Of a DNA stretch of 48,273 nt, positions 27,042 to 36,324 are shown piece after piece (within the stretch, counting starts at the first letter, position 1; each line of letters starts with the position of its first letter). Position numbers and translations under genes: made by a program. Where the stretch lies: contig LCOM01000001.1 in NCBI GenBank assembly GCA_000999395.1, forward strand, positions 1 to 48,273, in the 5' to 3' direction. A model generated the notes under the pieces. That model saw nothing but the letters and a program-made list of their open reading frames with translations, searched no databases and was not told where the DNA came from. The stretch comes from Parcubacteria group bacterium GW2011_GWA2_47_7 (GTDB lineage: Bacteria; Patescibacteriota; Minisyncoccia; Phycocordibacterales; UBA6899).

Positions 27042-29052
27042 AAGGCTTTTTTATTTCACGAATAATATTCAACTCCTTTAATTTATCGAGATACATAACT
27101 ACGGTGCGCACATACTCTGCATGACTCCATGTCAGTGGTGCTGCGCCAAGCTGTTCTCCCGTATGAGGGTTCAACTGCTCTGAAAGAATTCCTGAGCGTA
27201 GTGCATTTCGTTCTACCCAATTAAGCTCTGCGCGAGCACTATCGAGATCATGATCGCTCTTGGCAATACTTATTGCATGCTGCGTATACCACAGCGTCGT
27301 AATAAACCATGGGTTACCGGGAACATCATCGGCCACATGATAATACTGATCTTCCTCGTAGCGAGCAATACCGCCAACCGGGGTATGTATTGAAAGTTTT
27401 TCTTTTGTACGCGCAATAGCCCCCGTGAGTCGTGGGTCATCGGGTGGCAGCACTCCAAAAAGAAATATCCCATATGCACTCGACGCGTCAATCGCACGAT
27501 CAAAGGCCATTTCCCCTTTTTCATCCAAAAAAGAGGAGCGTAAAAAATATCCTTGTTCCGCATCGTATAAATGTTTTAAGATCGCATTCCGCATTTCATT
27601 GGCCGCTTTGTGAAAATTATGCTCACTACGATCTTTGCCGAGCAAGTCAGCAAATCGTGCTGCGGCCAACAGCCCAGCGTATACCGATGATGCGGTGTAC
27701 GTATGAATCCCGAATTTCTCTTCCCAGAGATTGTATGAAGACTTAGGCAAGCCGGTATATGGATCGCGATACGCCACCATGAATGTCGCTGCCTTTTTTA
27801 TAAATGATTCATAAAGTGACTCAATAAAATCAAGGTCTCGAGAAACAAGCCAATGCTCCCAAAGCGCCCACAAAATAAGCGCTGTTTCATCTTCTTGTAT
27901 GGGTAATTCAGAGTGGCCATCGACGACATAACCGTGCCACGATGAGCCCAATGATTCATCCGGGCGATACTTGTGCATCATATAGCCACCCTCCGTTATT
28001 ACATGATTACAAAAATCAAAAAATTTGCGTGCACTATGTCTATCACCAATCCAATCAAGCGCCACCGCAACATATGCTGCATCTCTCGGCCACACATATG
28101 CGTAGGTATCACGACCACCCTGAAGCATATCGGAATCCCCGGAAGCAATGATTCCTCCGTGCACGTCAACATGAGACCGAAGATAGAACTGTGACTTAAG
28201 GAAGAGATTGATCGCATTCTCGCTTAACCCATAGAGATTCCAATTACTTCTTTCAATCCAAGCGCTCCAATAGTCCCGTGATGTTTTCATAATATGCTCC
28301 GCAGAATGCTGCGAGACGTAAAGATTGAGTTCTTTTGTTTCGTCTATCGACTCGCCAACAGTGAACCAGTAGTAAAATACTCCGGTACTATCCGTTTCAA
28401 TTTCCATAGTCATGCCAATTACTGAATCAACACTGCCATGTTCTATATTGTTTTTCCCAAGAACACCGTCTTCCGCATCTTTGAATGCCCCCTCTTTTCC
28501 CTCCATGTGGAATAAACCAACAGTGTAATCAGTAAAGCCATGGCCATTCATGTTCGCATTAATGAGAATCGCTCGTTTGCCTTCATAGTGAACAATAGTA
28601 TTGTTCTGAGGGTCATAATATGCAGTATCCCCCTTTTCTGAGTGAAATAACTCAAATTGCTGATTAAAAAAAATACGCACTTCCCTCTTTTGCGACGCAA
28701 AATTGAGCACCTTAATCTTACGTAAAAAAATATTTTTCTCATGAGAAAGAACATCTGTAAAATGCAACTCGATCTGAAGGGAGTCAGAGTGCGCGGTCGT
28801 AAGGCCAGTATATGAAAGGTCCGATTGAACATCAACAGTCCACGATCCATCATCAATCCAAGAAAATCGTCCATCAACCCAAACACCTATACGATGTGCA
28901 TTGGAAGCACCTGCCTGATTTTCGAGTCCTATAAAGGGATAATAAATATCTCGCACGCGACCAAAATGATCAGTACAAATCAAGAGGGAGCCATTGCCGA
29001 ACGAAAGGGACTTAGCCATAGGTAAAGTATACCTGCTCCTCATCTTTTTCAC
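27034..29052 (-). CDS. GH15-family glycoside hydrolase (glucoamylase / glucodextranase-like)
   Basis: 'TYAYVWPRDAAYVAVAL', (alpha/alpha)6-type C-terminal half, 'LSEQLNPHTGEQLGAAPLTWSHAEY'. Start uncertain (GTG 29052, ATG 29043 or ATG 29019). 8-nt overlap with pgi. Confidence 0.85.
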   Translation of the reverse strand: MKKMRSRYTLPMAKSLSFGNGSLLICTDHFGRVRDIYYPFIGLENQAGASNAHRIGVWVDGRFSWIDDGSWTVDVQSDLSYTGLTTAHSDSLQIELHFTDVLSHEKNIFLRKIKVLNFASQKREVRIFFNQQFELFHSEKGDTAYYDPQNNTIVHYEGKRAILINANMNGHGFTDYTVGLFHMEGKEGAFKDAEDGVLGKNNIEHGSVDSVIGMTMEIETDSTGVFYYWFTVGESIDETKELNLYVSQHSAEHIMKTSRDYWSAWIERSNWNLYGLSENAINLFLKSQFYLRSHVDVHGGIIASGDSDMLQGGRDTYAYVWPRDAAYVAVALDWIGDRHSARKFFDFCNHVITEGGYMMHKYRPDESLGSSWHGYVVDGHSELPIQEDETALILWALWEHWLVSRDLDFIESLYESFIKKAATFMVAYRDPYTGLPKSSYNLWEEKFGIHTYTASSVYAGLLAAARFADLLGKDRSEHNFHKAANEMRNAILKHLYDAEQGYFLRSSFLDEKGEMAFDRAIDASSAYGIFLFGVLPPDDPRLTGAIARTKEKLSIHTPVGGIARYEEDQYYHVADDVPGNPWFITTLWYTQHAISIAKSDHDLDSARAELNWVERNALRSGILSEQLNPHTGEQLGAAPLTWSHAEYVRTVVMYLDKLKELNIIREIKKPYE

Positions 29053-29087
29053 AAAAACTGCTCAGTATGGGTCGGGTAACTCGCGTC

Positions 29088-30416
29088 TTATTTTTTTGCT
29101 ATTTTGGGCGCTTTTTTGCCCGAAACCTTCTTCACGTGCACTGTTGGCGCACGATTCGCAACTTTCTTGGCTACTTTTTTCTTCACGACAACATCTTTCT
29201 TGCTTTGCACACGCTTCGTTTTCCTATCAGCAATGCGAAGGCGGAGGTCATGCAATACATTGTTATATGCAATGAACGCCTCGTAGGGGGTATCGTAAGG
29301 ATTAAAATATTTATGAACATCTCCGTCGGCAAACCACTTTGTGCACATATAGTAAAAATGGTCAGATGTCTGTAACTTGCGCCAGTCTTCGATAATTTTC
29401 GCATCTCCCGTAGCAAAAACATCTGCCTCAAGTGCGTAAATATTGTTGATTGCTTCGTGTTGCATACTATTTGAAAGCCACGCTGAAAGGTCACGCTCAA
29501 CATCTGCCCAAGAGACAAAATTATGCGCATCATACTCACCAACAGCCGGATACTTCGCGACAGCCTCCGTCGGCGTGATGAATTCATTGTCCGGATGCTT
29601 CAATATTGCTCCTGGTAACGCACGCAGAAACTCAAATATTCCGGTATCTTCCCATTGATGTTCACCAAACGTTTCGTAATCCATGAAAAGATTAACAAGA
29701 TTCCCGTTTCCGTTGACCTCATTCACCCAGTTTGCAAATTTCTCTGATGTGAGCGGCCATTCGGTCCATGATTTGGAAGAAAATCGAAAAGCAATATCAT
29801 CAGACAGTTTATAATTTTTGAGTAATGTCTTGATGGTTGTTGTTCCGGGAGATCTGTACGCAAAATTTGGACTGCGCCATCCGAGTAGATTGTCGGCCCC
29901 TTCCGCAAGAATTGCTTTATACCCCATTCCCTCAACGAAATTTGCCAACTCATTGTTATAGATGAGCTCGGTATTGCGAAACACTTTCGGCGTAACACCG
30001 AACAGCTTCTTTATTTTTGCGCGATGAAGTTCAACCTGGCGTACAAATTCATCCTTAGAATAAAGAAACGCAAGTGAGTGATAATATGTTTCTTCGAGTA
30101 TCTCGACGCGGCCAGTCTTAACCAGTTTTTGAAAAGAAACCAAAGTCTCAGGAGAAAATTCCTCAAGCTGATCAAGAAAAACACCAGAAAAAGAATAGGC
30201 GATTTTGAATTCAGGATGTTTTTCAAGCAGTTCAAGCATCAGTTTGTTGGTCGGCAAATAGCACTTGTTCGCGACCTTGTGTAATATTTTTTCATTATTG
30301 ATATCTCTATCAGATTTGTCGTTAAAATAGTGATGATCATGCCCGACATCAAAAATCCTATATTTTTTTATACGAAACGGTTGATGTACCTGAAAATAAA
30401 AACATACTGAAGTCAT
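29088..30416 (-). CDS. GH57-family alpha-glucan-active enzyme (alpha-amylase / branching-like) with Lys-rich C-terminal tail
   Basis: 'VCFYFQVHQPFRIKKY', 'DYETFGEHQW'. The last ~50 aa are 'KTKRVQSKKDVVVKKKVAKKVANRAPTVHVKKVSGKKAPKIAKK'. Start set at ATG 30416. Confidence 0.85.
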   Translation of the reverse strand: MTSVCFYFQVHQPFRIKKYRIFDVGHDHHYFNDKSDRDINNEKILHKVANKCYLPTNKLMLELLEKHPEFKIAYSFSGVFLDQLEEFSPETLVSFQKLVKTGRVEILEETYYHSLAFLYSKDEFVRQVELHRAKIKKLFGVTPKVFRNTELIYNNELANFVEGMGYKAILAEGADNLLGWRSPNFAYRSPGTTTIKTLLKNYKLSDDIAFRFSSKSWTEWPLTSEKFANWVNEVNGNGNLVNLFMDYETFGEHQWEDTGIFEFLRALPGAILKHPDNEFITPTEAVAKYPAVGEYDAHNFVSWADVERDLSAWLSNSMQHEAINNIYALEADVFATGDAKIIEDWRKLQTSDHFYYMCTKWFADGDVHKYFNPYDTPYEAFIAYNNVLHDLRLRIADRKTKRVQSKKDVVVKKKVAKKVANRAPTVHVKKVSGKKAPKIAKK

Positions 30417-30417
30417 A

Positions 30418-31641
30418 TTACTTTGCAGAGTTAATGATATCTCGATAAATTTGAGTACACTTCCCGGCGGCACTCTCCCATGTCACGTGCTCAACATCTG
30501 TCGAGCCAAGCTCGCCGAGTGTGTCATGCAATCCCCTACTTGAAACGACATTAAGAATCTTGTCCGCCATATCATCTATATCCCAAAAATCGGATTTGAG
30601 TGCGTGCGTCACAACCTCCGATACGCCGGATTGTTTGGAGACGAGGATGGGTGTTCCGTTCGCGAGCGCTTCAAGTGCGGTGAGACCAAAAGGCTCGGAC
30701 ACCGAAGGCATCACAAAAAGATCCGCAGCACGATAAAGTTTGAGGAGTTCATCGCCTCGGACAAATCCAGCAAAAATGATTTTGTCCCCAAGCCCCATAT
30801 CTGATGCGAGGCGAATAATCTGATGTTCCATATCTCCGCTGCCGGATACTACAAAAAGGACGCTCGGATCAAGCTCGAGAACCCGTTTTGCAACTTTGAT
30901 AAAATAATCAGGACCTTTTTGAATGGTGATACGTCCAACAAAAAGTACGACTTTTTTTCCCGACTCGCGAACGTTTTTTAGTGCAGGCGGAAGTGCGTGA
31001 CGAAAATCTTTATGGTCGATACCATTATGAACCACCATGACGCGGGAAGGTTCTATGCCATAGTGTTCTACAATGACATTTTTGGTGAGTTGAGAAACAG
31101 CAATGATGCAGTCTGCCGCATGAAGCCCCCTGCGCTCCTCGTCATAGATAAACTGATTGGGTTTTCCTCCCGTGCGATCGAACTCCGTTGCATGTACGTG
31201 TACGATAAGTGGTTTACCGGAAATGCGCTTCGCCTCAATTCCCGCACGAAATGAAAGCCAGTCGTGTGCGTGAATAACATCGTGAGGTTCTTCGGCCGCG
31301 ATAAGTCTCGCCTGCAGACCGTAGCGCCTCACTTCGTCAAACAGATTGAGGCCATAGAGTTGATGCTCTGGGGCTTTGAGGAGGTACTCATCATACAATT
31401 CTGAAGTAATGTAAGGATGAATAAGCGATGTGACGCCACGAATTTTGATATTCCGAATATTTGCGAATACTATTTTGAGAAAATCATGGTTAAGTCCGCC
31501 GAGTTTTTTGGGTAACACGAACGTTACTGACACATTACTCTTTGTGAGACTTTTGGTCAGGCCATAGCACGCAGTTCCAAGACCGCCGCTGTTATGTGGC
31601 GGGAACTCCCATCCGAACATGAGCACCCTGATATTCTTCAT
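30418..31641 (-). CDS. glycogen-synthase-like retaining glycosyltransferase (GT4/GT5)
   Basis: 'VLMFGWEFPPHNSGGLGTACYGL', C-terminal 'PSVSEPFGLTALEALANGTP'. Confidence 0.8.
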   Translation of the reverse strand: MKNIRVLMFGWEFPPHNSGGLGTACYGLTKSLTKSNVSVTFVLPKKLGGLNHDFLKIVFANIRNIKIRGVTSLIHPYITSELYDEYLLKAPEHQLYGLNLFDEVRRYGLQARLIAAEEPHDVIHAHDWLSFRAGIEAKRISGKPLIVHVHATEFDRTGGKPNQFIYDEERRGLHAADCIIAVSQLTKNVIVEHYGIEPSRVMVVHNGIDHKDFRHALPPALKNVRESGKKVVLFVGRITIQKGPDYFIKVAKRVLELDPSVLFVVSGSGDMEHQIIRLASDMGLGDKIIFAGFVRGDELLKLYRAADLFVMPSVSEPFGLTALEALANGTPILVSKQSGVSEVVTHALKSDFWDIDDMADKILNVVSSRGLHDTLGELGSTDVEHVTWESAAGKCTQIYRDIINSAK

Positions 31642-31808
31642 TTTAAATAGAACTAAATTATGTATGCGTTCTTATGACGCTCAACGTGGGAATTATACCA
31701 CAAATTTTGAGATGTCAAAGAAAGCTATTAGCAATGATTATACTGAGTTATTCAAATATCGATATTCTTACTACTGAAAAATCTTATTCACGATAACTTT
31801 ACAACAAA

Positions 31809-32270
31809 TTATTTATATGGCCAAATTTTTTCAATCTTCCTAATTCGCCTCACGTGTCGTTCCTCGTCTTCAAAGACAGTATCAAGCCAAAGCTTCACTG
31901 CAGCCTTTGCTTCATCAACGGTAATACGGCGCGCGCCGAGGGAAAGGATGTTTGAATTGTTGTGCTCTCTCGTCAGTTTCACGATATCAATGTCACCGCC
32001 GTAATACACAGCACATCGCACATTGGGAAAGCGATTGGCGACCATTGCCTCCCCCTGTCCCGATCCACCGAGAATAATTCCTCGAGAAGCGCTTGGGTCG
32101 TGTGATACTTCTTGTGCGGCGAGCTGAATGAAGTCAGGGTAGTCATCTTGTATGTCCATTTGGTGTGCGCCCATATCCGCAACAGTGTACCCCAAATCCT
32201 TCTCGACATACGATGTGATGATCTCCTTCAATTCATATCCGGCATGGTCAGTGGCAATAAATATTTTCAT
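31809..32270 (-). CDS. rpiB: ribose-5-phosphate isomerase B
   Basis: '[16 protein letters not shown]', '[17 protein letters not shown]'. Start set at ATG 32270. Confidence 0.9.
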   Translation of the reverse strand: MKIFIATDHAGYELKEIITSYVEKDLGYTVADMGAHQMDIQDDYPDFIQLAAQEVSHDPSASRGIILGGSGQGEAMVANRFPNVRCAVYYGGDIDIVKLTREHNNSNILSLGARRITVDEAKAAVKLWLDTVFEDEERHVRRIRKIEKIWPYK

Positions 32271-32277
32271 AGTCTCA

Positions 32278-33327
32278 TTACAGATATTTTGCAATTTCCA
32301 ATACATGCAAAACAAGGGTGTGAGTATACCCCATCTCGTTATCGTACCAAGACATAACCTTGACCAAATTGCCGTCAACCACCCGCGTGAGCTCTAGGTC
32401 GGCAACAGCACCATGTAAATTACCGATGATATCGGATGAAACAAGCGGTTCTTCAGTCACCGTAAATATTCCGGCCCAGCGAGGATCTTTTGCGGCATCG
32501 CGAAGAATTTGGTTCACCTCTTCAACCGTCGTGCTGCGTTTTGCAATAAACGTAATGTCAGCAATTGAGCCGGCTATAACGGGAACGCGAATAGAAATAC
32601 CGTCGAACTTCCCCTCCAGGTCTCCAATGACCTCACCGACGGCTATCGCTGCCCCAGTCGAGGCTGGGACCATATTTTGTGAAGCAGCTCGTCCGCCGCG
32701 AAGATCTTTTCCGCCGGGGCTATCTACGACGCGCTGTGTTCCAGTCATCGCGTGAGTGGTGTTGAGAAGCGCTTTTTCGATACCGATAGTTTCATTCAAA
32801 ATCTGAATCAAAGGACCGGATGCGTTTGTCGTGCATGATGCATTCGATGATATCTGACATGTACCAAGCTCACTATGGTTGATTCCCATGAGTACCATTG
32901 CCGCAGACACTCCGTCGGTTGGTGTTCCTTTTGCCGGCGCAGTAATAACAACGCGCTTTGCCCCCGAAGTAAGATGCACCTGTGCCTTGTCATAATTAGT
33001 AAAGAATCCCGTTGATTCAACGACAATGTCAATCGCATATTTGCCCCATGGGAGCTTTGTTGCATCCTTCTCCTGTACTAATATCACCCTGTGATCCCCG
33101 TCCATGAATCCGGCTTCGGAATCGCCATCGGCGGCAACTACGGAAATATCAAAGTCAGCCTGACCGTTTGCAGTATCATACTTGAGCAAATAGGACATGT
33201 TTGCTGGGTCACCGAGGTCGTTTATGGCAACAATTTCTATCTCAGGTTTCTGTCGCGCAAGCTTGTAAAAAGCACGGCCAATACGTCCAAATCCATTAAT
33301 CGCTATGCGTACTTTTTTGTCTGCCAT
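32278..33327 (-). CDS. gap: type I glyceraldehyde-3-phosphate dehydrogenase
   Basis: '[13 protein letters not shown]', catalytic 'SNASCTTN', 'WYDNEMGY'. Start set at ATG 33327. Confidence 0.95.
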   Translation of the reverse strand: MADKKVRIAINGFGRIGRAFYKLARQKPEIEIVAINDLGDPANMSYLLKYDTANGQADFDISVVAADGDSEAGFMDGDHRVILVQEKDATKLPWGKYAIDIVVESTGFFTNYDKAQVHLTSGAKRVVITAPAKGTPTDGVSAAMVLMGINHSELGTCQISSNASCTTNASGPLIQILNETIGIEKALLNTTHAMTGTQRVVDSPGGKDLRGGRAASQNMVPASTGAAIAVGEVIGDLEGKFDGISIRVPVIAGSIADITFIAKRSTTVEEVNQILRDAAKDPRWAGIFTVTEEPLVSSDIIGNLHGAVADLELTRVVDGNLVKVMSWYDNEMGYTHTLVLHVLEIAKYL

Positions 33328-33446
33328 AATATTATAAAGTGAATTAATCTGATTTGATTCATTATATTTCATTTCTACTAATTTGTCCCGAACAAAAAAG
33401 CTAGGATGATATCCTGTAGTGAGAACAATACACAAACATGCTTGCG

Positions 33447-34601
33447 CTAGCGATAGATGCGCCGAATAAGCGGATTCAAACGCGTGAGCACCTCGTAGTG
33501 GGTCGTAGCGGAATATCTAGCTATTTCACTCGCTTCGATATTCTCTTTCCCCTGATTTCCAATGAGCACCACTTCATCCCCCATCTTCACTCCGACGATA
33601 TCAGTGACATCGACGACGATCATATCCATCGAAACGCGCCCCACGATGCCGGCGCTCTTCCCGCGGATAAGCACGCGCCCCTTACTCGAAAGCAATCGAG
33701 GAATTCCATGCCAGTAACCGACAGGGATAATAGCGAGGGTGGAATCACGTCGAAGCATTTCCGTGGAGTCATATCCCACACGCCCCCCTTTTTTGACTGT
33801 TTTCACCTCACTCACCACCGCCTTCCATGACAATGCGGGCGACAACGTGATGTCGCGTGATAGGTGCTGTTTTGATTCATCAGAAGGCCAGAGTCCATAA
33901 CACCCGATACCAATGCGCACCATATCAAAATGTGCCTTATGATAAAGCATGGCTCCGCCGGTTGCAGAAGTATGATGAATCGGGTCGTGCCCTGCTTCGT
34001 AAAATAATTTTGCCCAATGTTCATATTCCTCAATCTGGCGTTTTGTAGCATCACTATTCTTGAGATCTTTTGCCTCTGCAAAATGTGTATAAAGTCCTTG
34101 AATGTGAATAATTCCGAGCGGTGCCTGCCCCAGCGTACTCAAAAGCTTTTGTGCGACGCCCAACTCAAACCCCTGACGATGCATTCCCGTATCCACCTTT
34201 ATGTGCACTTGGAGTGGGGTCTTTGACGGCTTCAAGCGCAATGCTTCATTCAACTGGGGAAACGAGGATATGGTAATGCTCACCTTATGCTTCCGCGCTT
34301 CGGGATAAAGTGTCGGCAACGTGAAACCAAGCACTAGTATCGGCGTTGTGATACCGTCCCTGCGTAATGCAAGTGCTTCGGTAATCGAATCGACACCAAG
34401 CCAGTCCACTCCGAGTCTGTCCATTGCTCCGGAAAACTCGCGCAAGTTATGACCATATGCATTGGATTTTACGACTGCCATGAAAAGAGTCTTCTTCCCT
34501 ATAAGCTTTCGAAATACGCGATAATTTTTCGCGATTGCCTTTGTGTCAATCTCAATCCAAGTACGGAGCGCTGCACTCTCTTTGCTTATTGATTGTTGCA
34601 T
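33447..34601 (-). CDS. alr: alanine racemase
   Basis: PLP lysine motif 'AVVKSNAYGHN', 'VGYWHGIPR'-type C-terminal domain. Confidence 0.92.
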   Translation of the reverse strand: MQQSISKESAALRTWIEIDTKAIAKNYRVFRKLIGKKTLFMAVVKSNAYGHNLREFSGAMDRLGVDWLGVDSITEALALRRDGITTPILVLGFTLPTLYPEARKHKVSITISSFPQLNEALRLKPSKTPLQVHIKVDTGMHRQGFELGVAQKLLSTLGQAPLGIIHIQGLYTHFAEAKDLKNSDATKRQIEEYEHWAKLFYEAGHDPIHHTSATGGAMLYHKAHFDMVRIGIGCYGLWPSDESKQHLSRDITLSPALSWKAVVSEVKTVKKGGRVGYDSTEMLRRDSTLAIIPVGYWHGIPRLLSSKGRVLIRGKSAGIVGRVSMDMIVVDVTDIVGVKMGDEVVLIGNQGKENIEASEIARYSATTHYEVLTRLNPLIRRIYR

Positions 34602-34602
34602 A

Positions 34603-35358
34603 TCAAGCCTCTATTTTATTGAATAATAATGCACCAATGACAATAACGACAGATGCCGTGAGTGCAAGTGCAAGGATGTCAACGGATAGACCAAAATGAT
34701 TTACGTTAATCAGTGTCGCGCGCATACCGTCTACGCCATACGAAACAGGATTGAGACGAACAGCAATGGCAAGTGCTCGAGGGAGTTGATCGACAGGAAA
34801 AAGAGCTCCGGAAAGAAAGAACATCGGCATGACGAGGAAATTCATGACAAGAGGAAATGCCTGCATGTCATTTAATCGCGATGCAATGGCCGTACCGAGG
34901 GCAGTAAAAAGCATACACATGAGAAACATGACGAGAGGGGCAAACAATAGTGCGGGGGTTATTTCGGGACGAAATCCCACGACAAGCGTTACGAGAAAAA
35001 TGACCAAACCCTGCACCATGGCGACCGTTGCACCACCGACCGTTCTTCCGAGCATAATCACAACGCGTGGCACGGGCGCGACGAGTGTTTCCTTCAGGAA
35101 TCCAAACTGCTTATCCCAGATGACTTCAATTCCACCAAACATTGATGTGAAAAGCATACTCATCGCAATGATGCCCGGCGCAAGAAAAGTAATATAGTCC
35201 CCTCCTCCGGCCTTTGCGTATATCGGTCCGAAACCAAATCCCAGTGCAACAAGAAACAAGAGGGGTTGCGCCACCGATGAGACGAGACGGGCGCGCGAGC
35301 GCAGATAACGCTTGAGCTGCCGTATCCAGAGTATATAAATGACGTTTGCGTAGTGCAT
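34603..35358 (-). CDS. ABC-2-type transporter permease
   Basis: 251 aa, six hydrophobic segments, directly downstream of the ABC ATPase. 1-nt gap to alr. Confidence 0.85.
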   Translation of the reverse strand: MHYANVIYILWIRQLKRYLRSRARLVSSVAQPLLFLVALGFGFGPIYAKAGGGDYITFLAPGIIAMSMLFTSMFGGIEVIWDKQFGFLKETLVAPVPRVVIMLGRTVGGATVAMVQGLVIFLVTLVVGFRPEITPALLFAPLVMFLMCMLFTALGTAIASRLNDMQAFPLVMNFLVMPMFFLSGALFPVDQLPRALAIAVRLNPVSYGVDGMRATLINVNHFGLSVDILALALTASVVIVIGALLFNKIEA

Positions 35359-35367
35359 AGTGATGTA

Positions 35368-36159
35368 TTAGCGTCTCCACATGCGCGCGCCGAGCCGCAT
35401 CGCATCATTTCCCGCATCCTGTGGTCGAATAGAACGTCCGGTGAGCGCAAGGAATGCACCCTCGAGATTATCTGTCTTGGTAGCCTCCTTAAGTTCGGTT
35501 GTCGTGCCCTGCATCACGATCTTTCCGTGGTCGATAATCGCGACTCGGTCCGCAACCTTTTCTGCTTCTTCAATATAGTGCGTAGTAACAAATACGGTGA
35601 TTTGCTCCTTTTCGTTCAGGTTCTTGATATAACTCCACATGTGATTGCGCGTTTGCGGGTCGAGTCCGAGTGTCGGCTCATCCATAAAAAGTACCGCGGG
35701 ATGATGCAGAAGCCCACGCGCAATCTCAAGTCGTCGCTTCATGCCACCCGAAAAATTTTTCACGAGCTCATCTTTCCTGTCCCACAACTCCACAAGTTCC
35801 ATCAATTCTTTAATACGGTCATCCATAGTCTTTCGACCGAGGCCGTAAAGCACCGCATGAAATTCCATATTCTCAAATGCGGTCAATTCGGTATCGAGGC
35901 TTGGGTCCTGAAAAATGATGCCAAACGATTTGCGGGTTTCATTCGGATTCACCATGACATCAAAGCCATTCAGCATTATCGAACCGGACGTTGGGTCAAG
36001 TAGTGTTGTGAGCATCTTGATTGTCGTTGTCTTCCCTGCCCCATTTGGCCCGAGAAAAGCGAAAATTTGCCCTTTTTCTACCGAAAAAGAGACATCGTCG
36101 ACAGCGACGAAGTCTTTAAATTTTTTGACCAAATTCTTCACCTCGATAATCTTCGACAT
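35368..36159 (-). CDS. ABC transporter ATP-binding protein (daunorubicin-type exporter family)
   Basis: Walker A 'GPNGAGKTT', signature 'FSGGMKRRL', Walker B 'VLFMDEPTLGLD'. Start set at ATG 36159. Confidence 0.92.
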   Translation of the reverse strand: MSKIIEVKNLVKKFKDFVAVDDVSFSVEKGQIFAFLGPNGAGKTTTIKMLTTLLDPTSGSIMLNGFDVMVNPNETRKSFGIIFQDPSLDTELTAFENMEFHAVLYGLGRKTMDDRIKELMELVELWDRKDELVKNFSGGMKRRLEIARGLLHHPAVLFMDEPTLGLDPQTRNHMWSYIKNLNEKEQITVFVTTHYIEEAEKVADRVAIIDHGKIVMQGTTTELKEATKTDNLEGAFLALTGRSIRPQDAGNDAMRLGARMWRR

Positions 36160-36240
36160 GTGACGGATTATATCACAAGTAGCATGGTGCAAATGTGGTT
36201 TTACAAATAATGATGAAGCTGTTATATTGCATTCACAAAT

Positions 36241-36324
36241 GCGTAGGTGGCAGAGCGGTCAAATGCAATAGACTGTAAATCTATCGTCCTATGGGCTACG
36301 CAGGTTCGAATCCTGCCCTACGCA
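36241..36324 (+). tRNA. tRNA-Tyr (anticodon GUA), class II with long variable arm, no encoded CCA
   Basis: GCGTAGG-TG-GCA..TGC-A-ATAGA-CTGTAAA-TCTAT-variable CGTCCTATGGGCTAC-GCAGGTTCGAATCCTGC-CCTACGC-A. Confidence 0.9.

Noticed and set aside
35353-36003. 216-aa plus-strand ORF
   Set aside because: It is fully antisense to the ABC ATPase gene, which has unmistakable Walker and signature motifs. The same reasoning rejects other long antisense ORFs: 1824..2297, 13878..14357, 19524..19964, 11239..11802, 22463..22900, 32360..32755 and 46917..47375.
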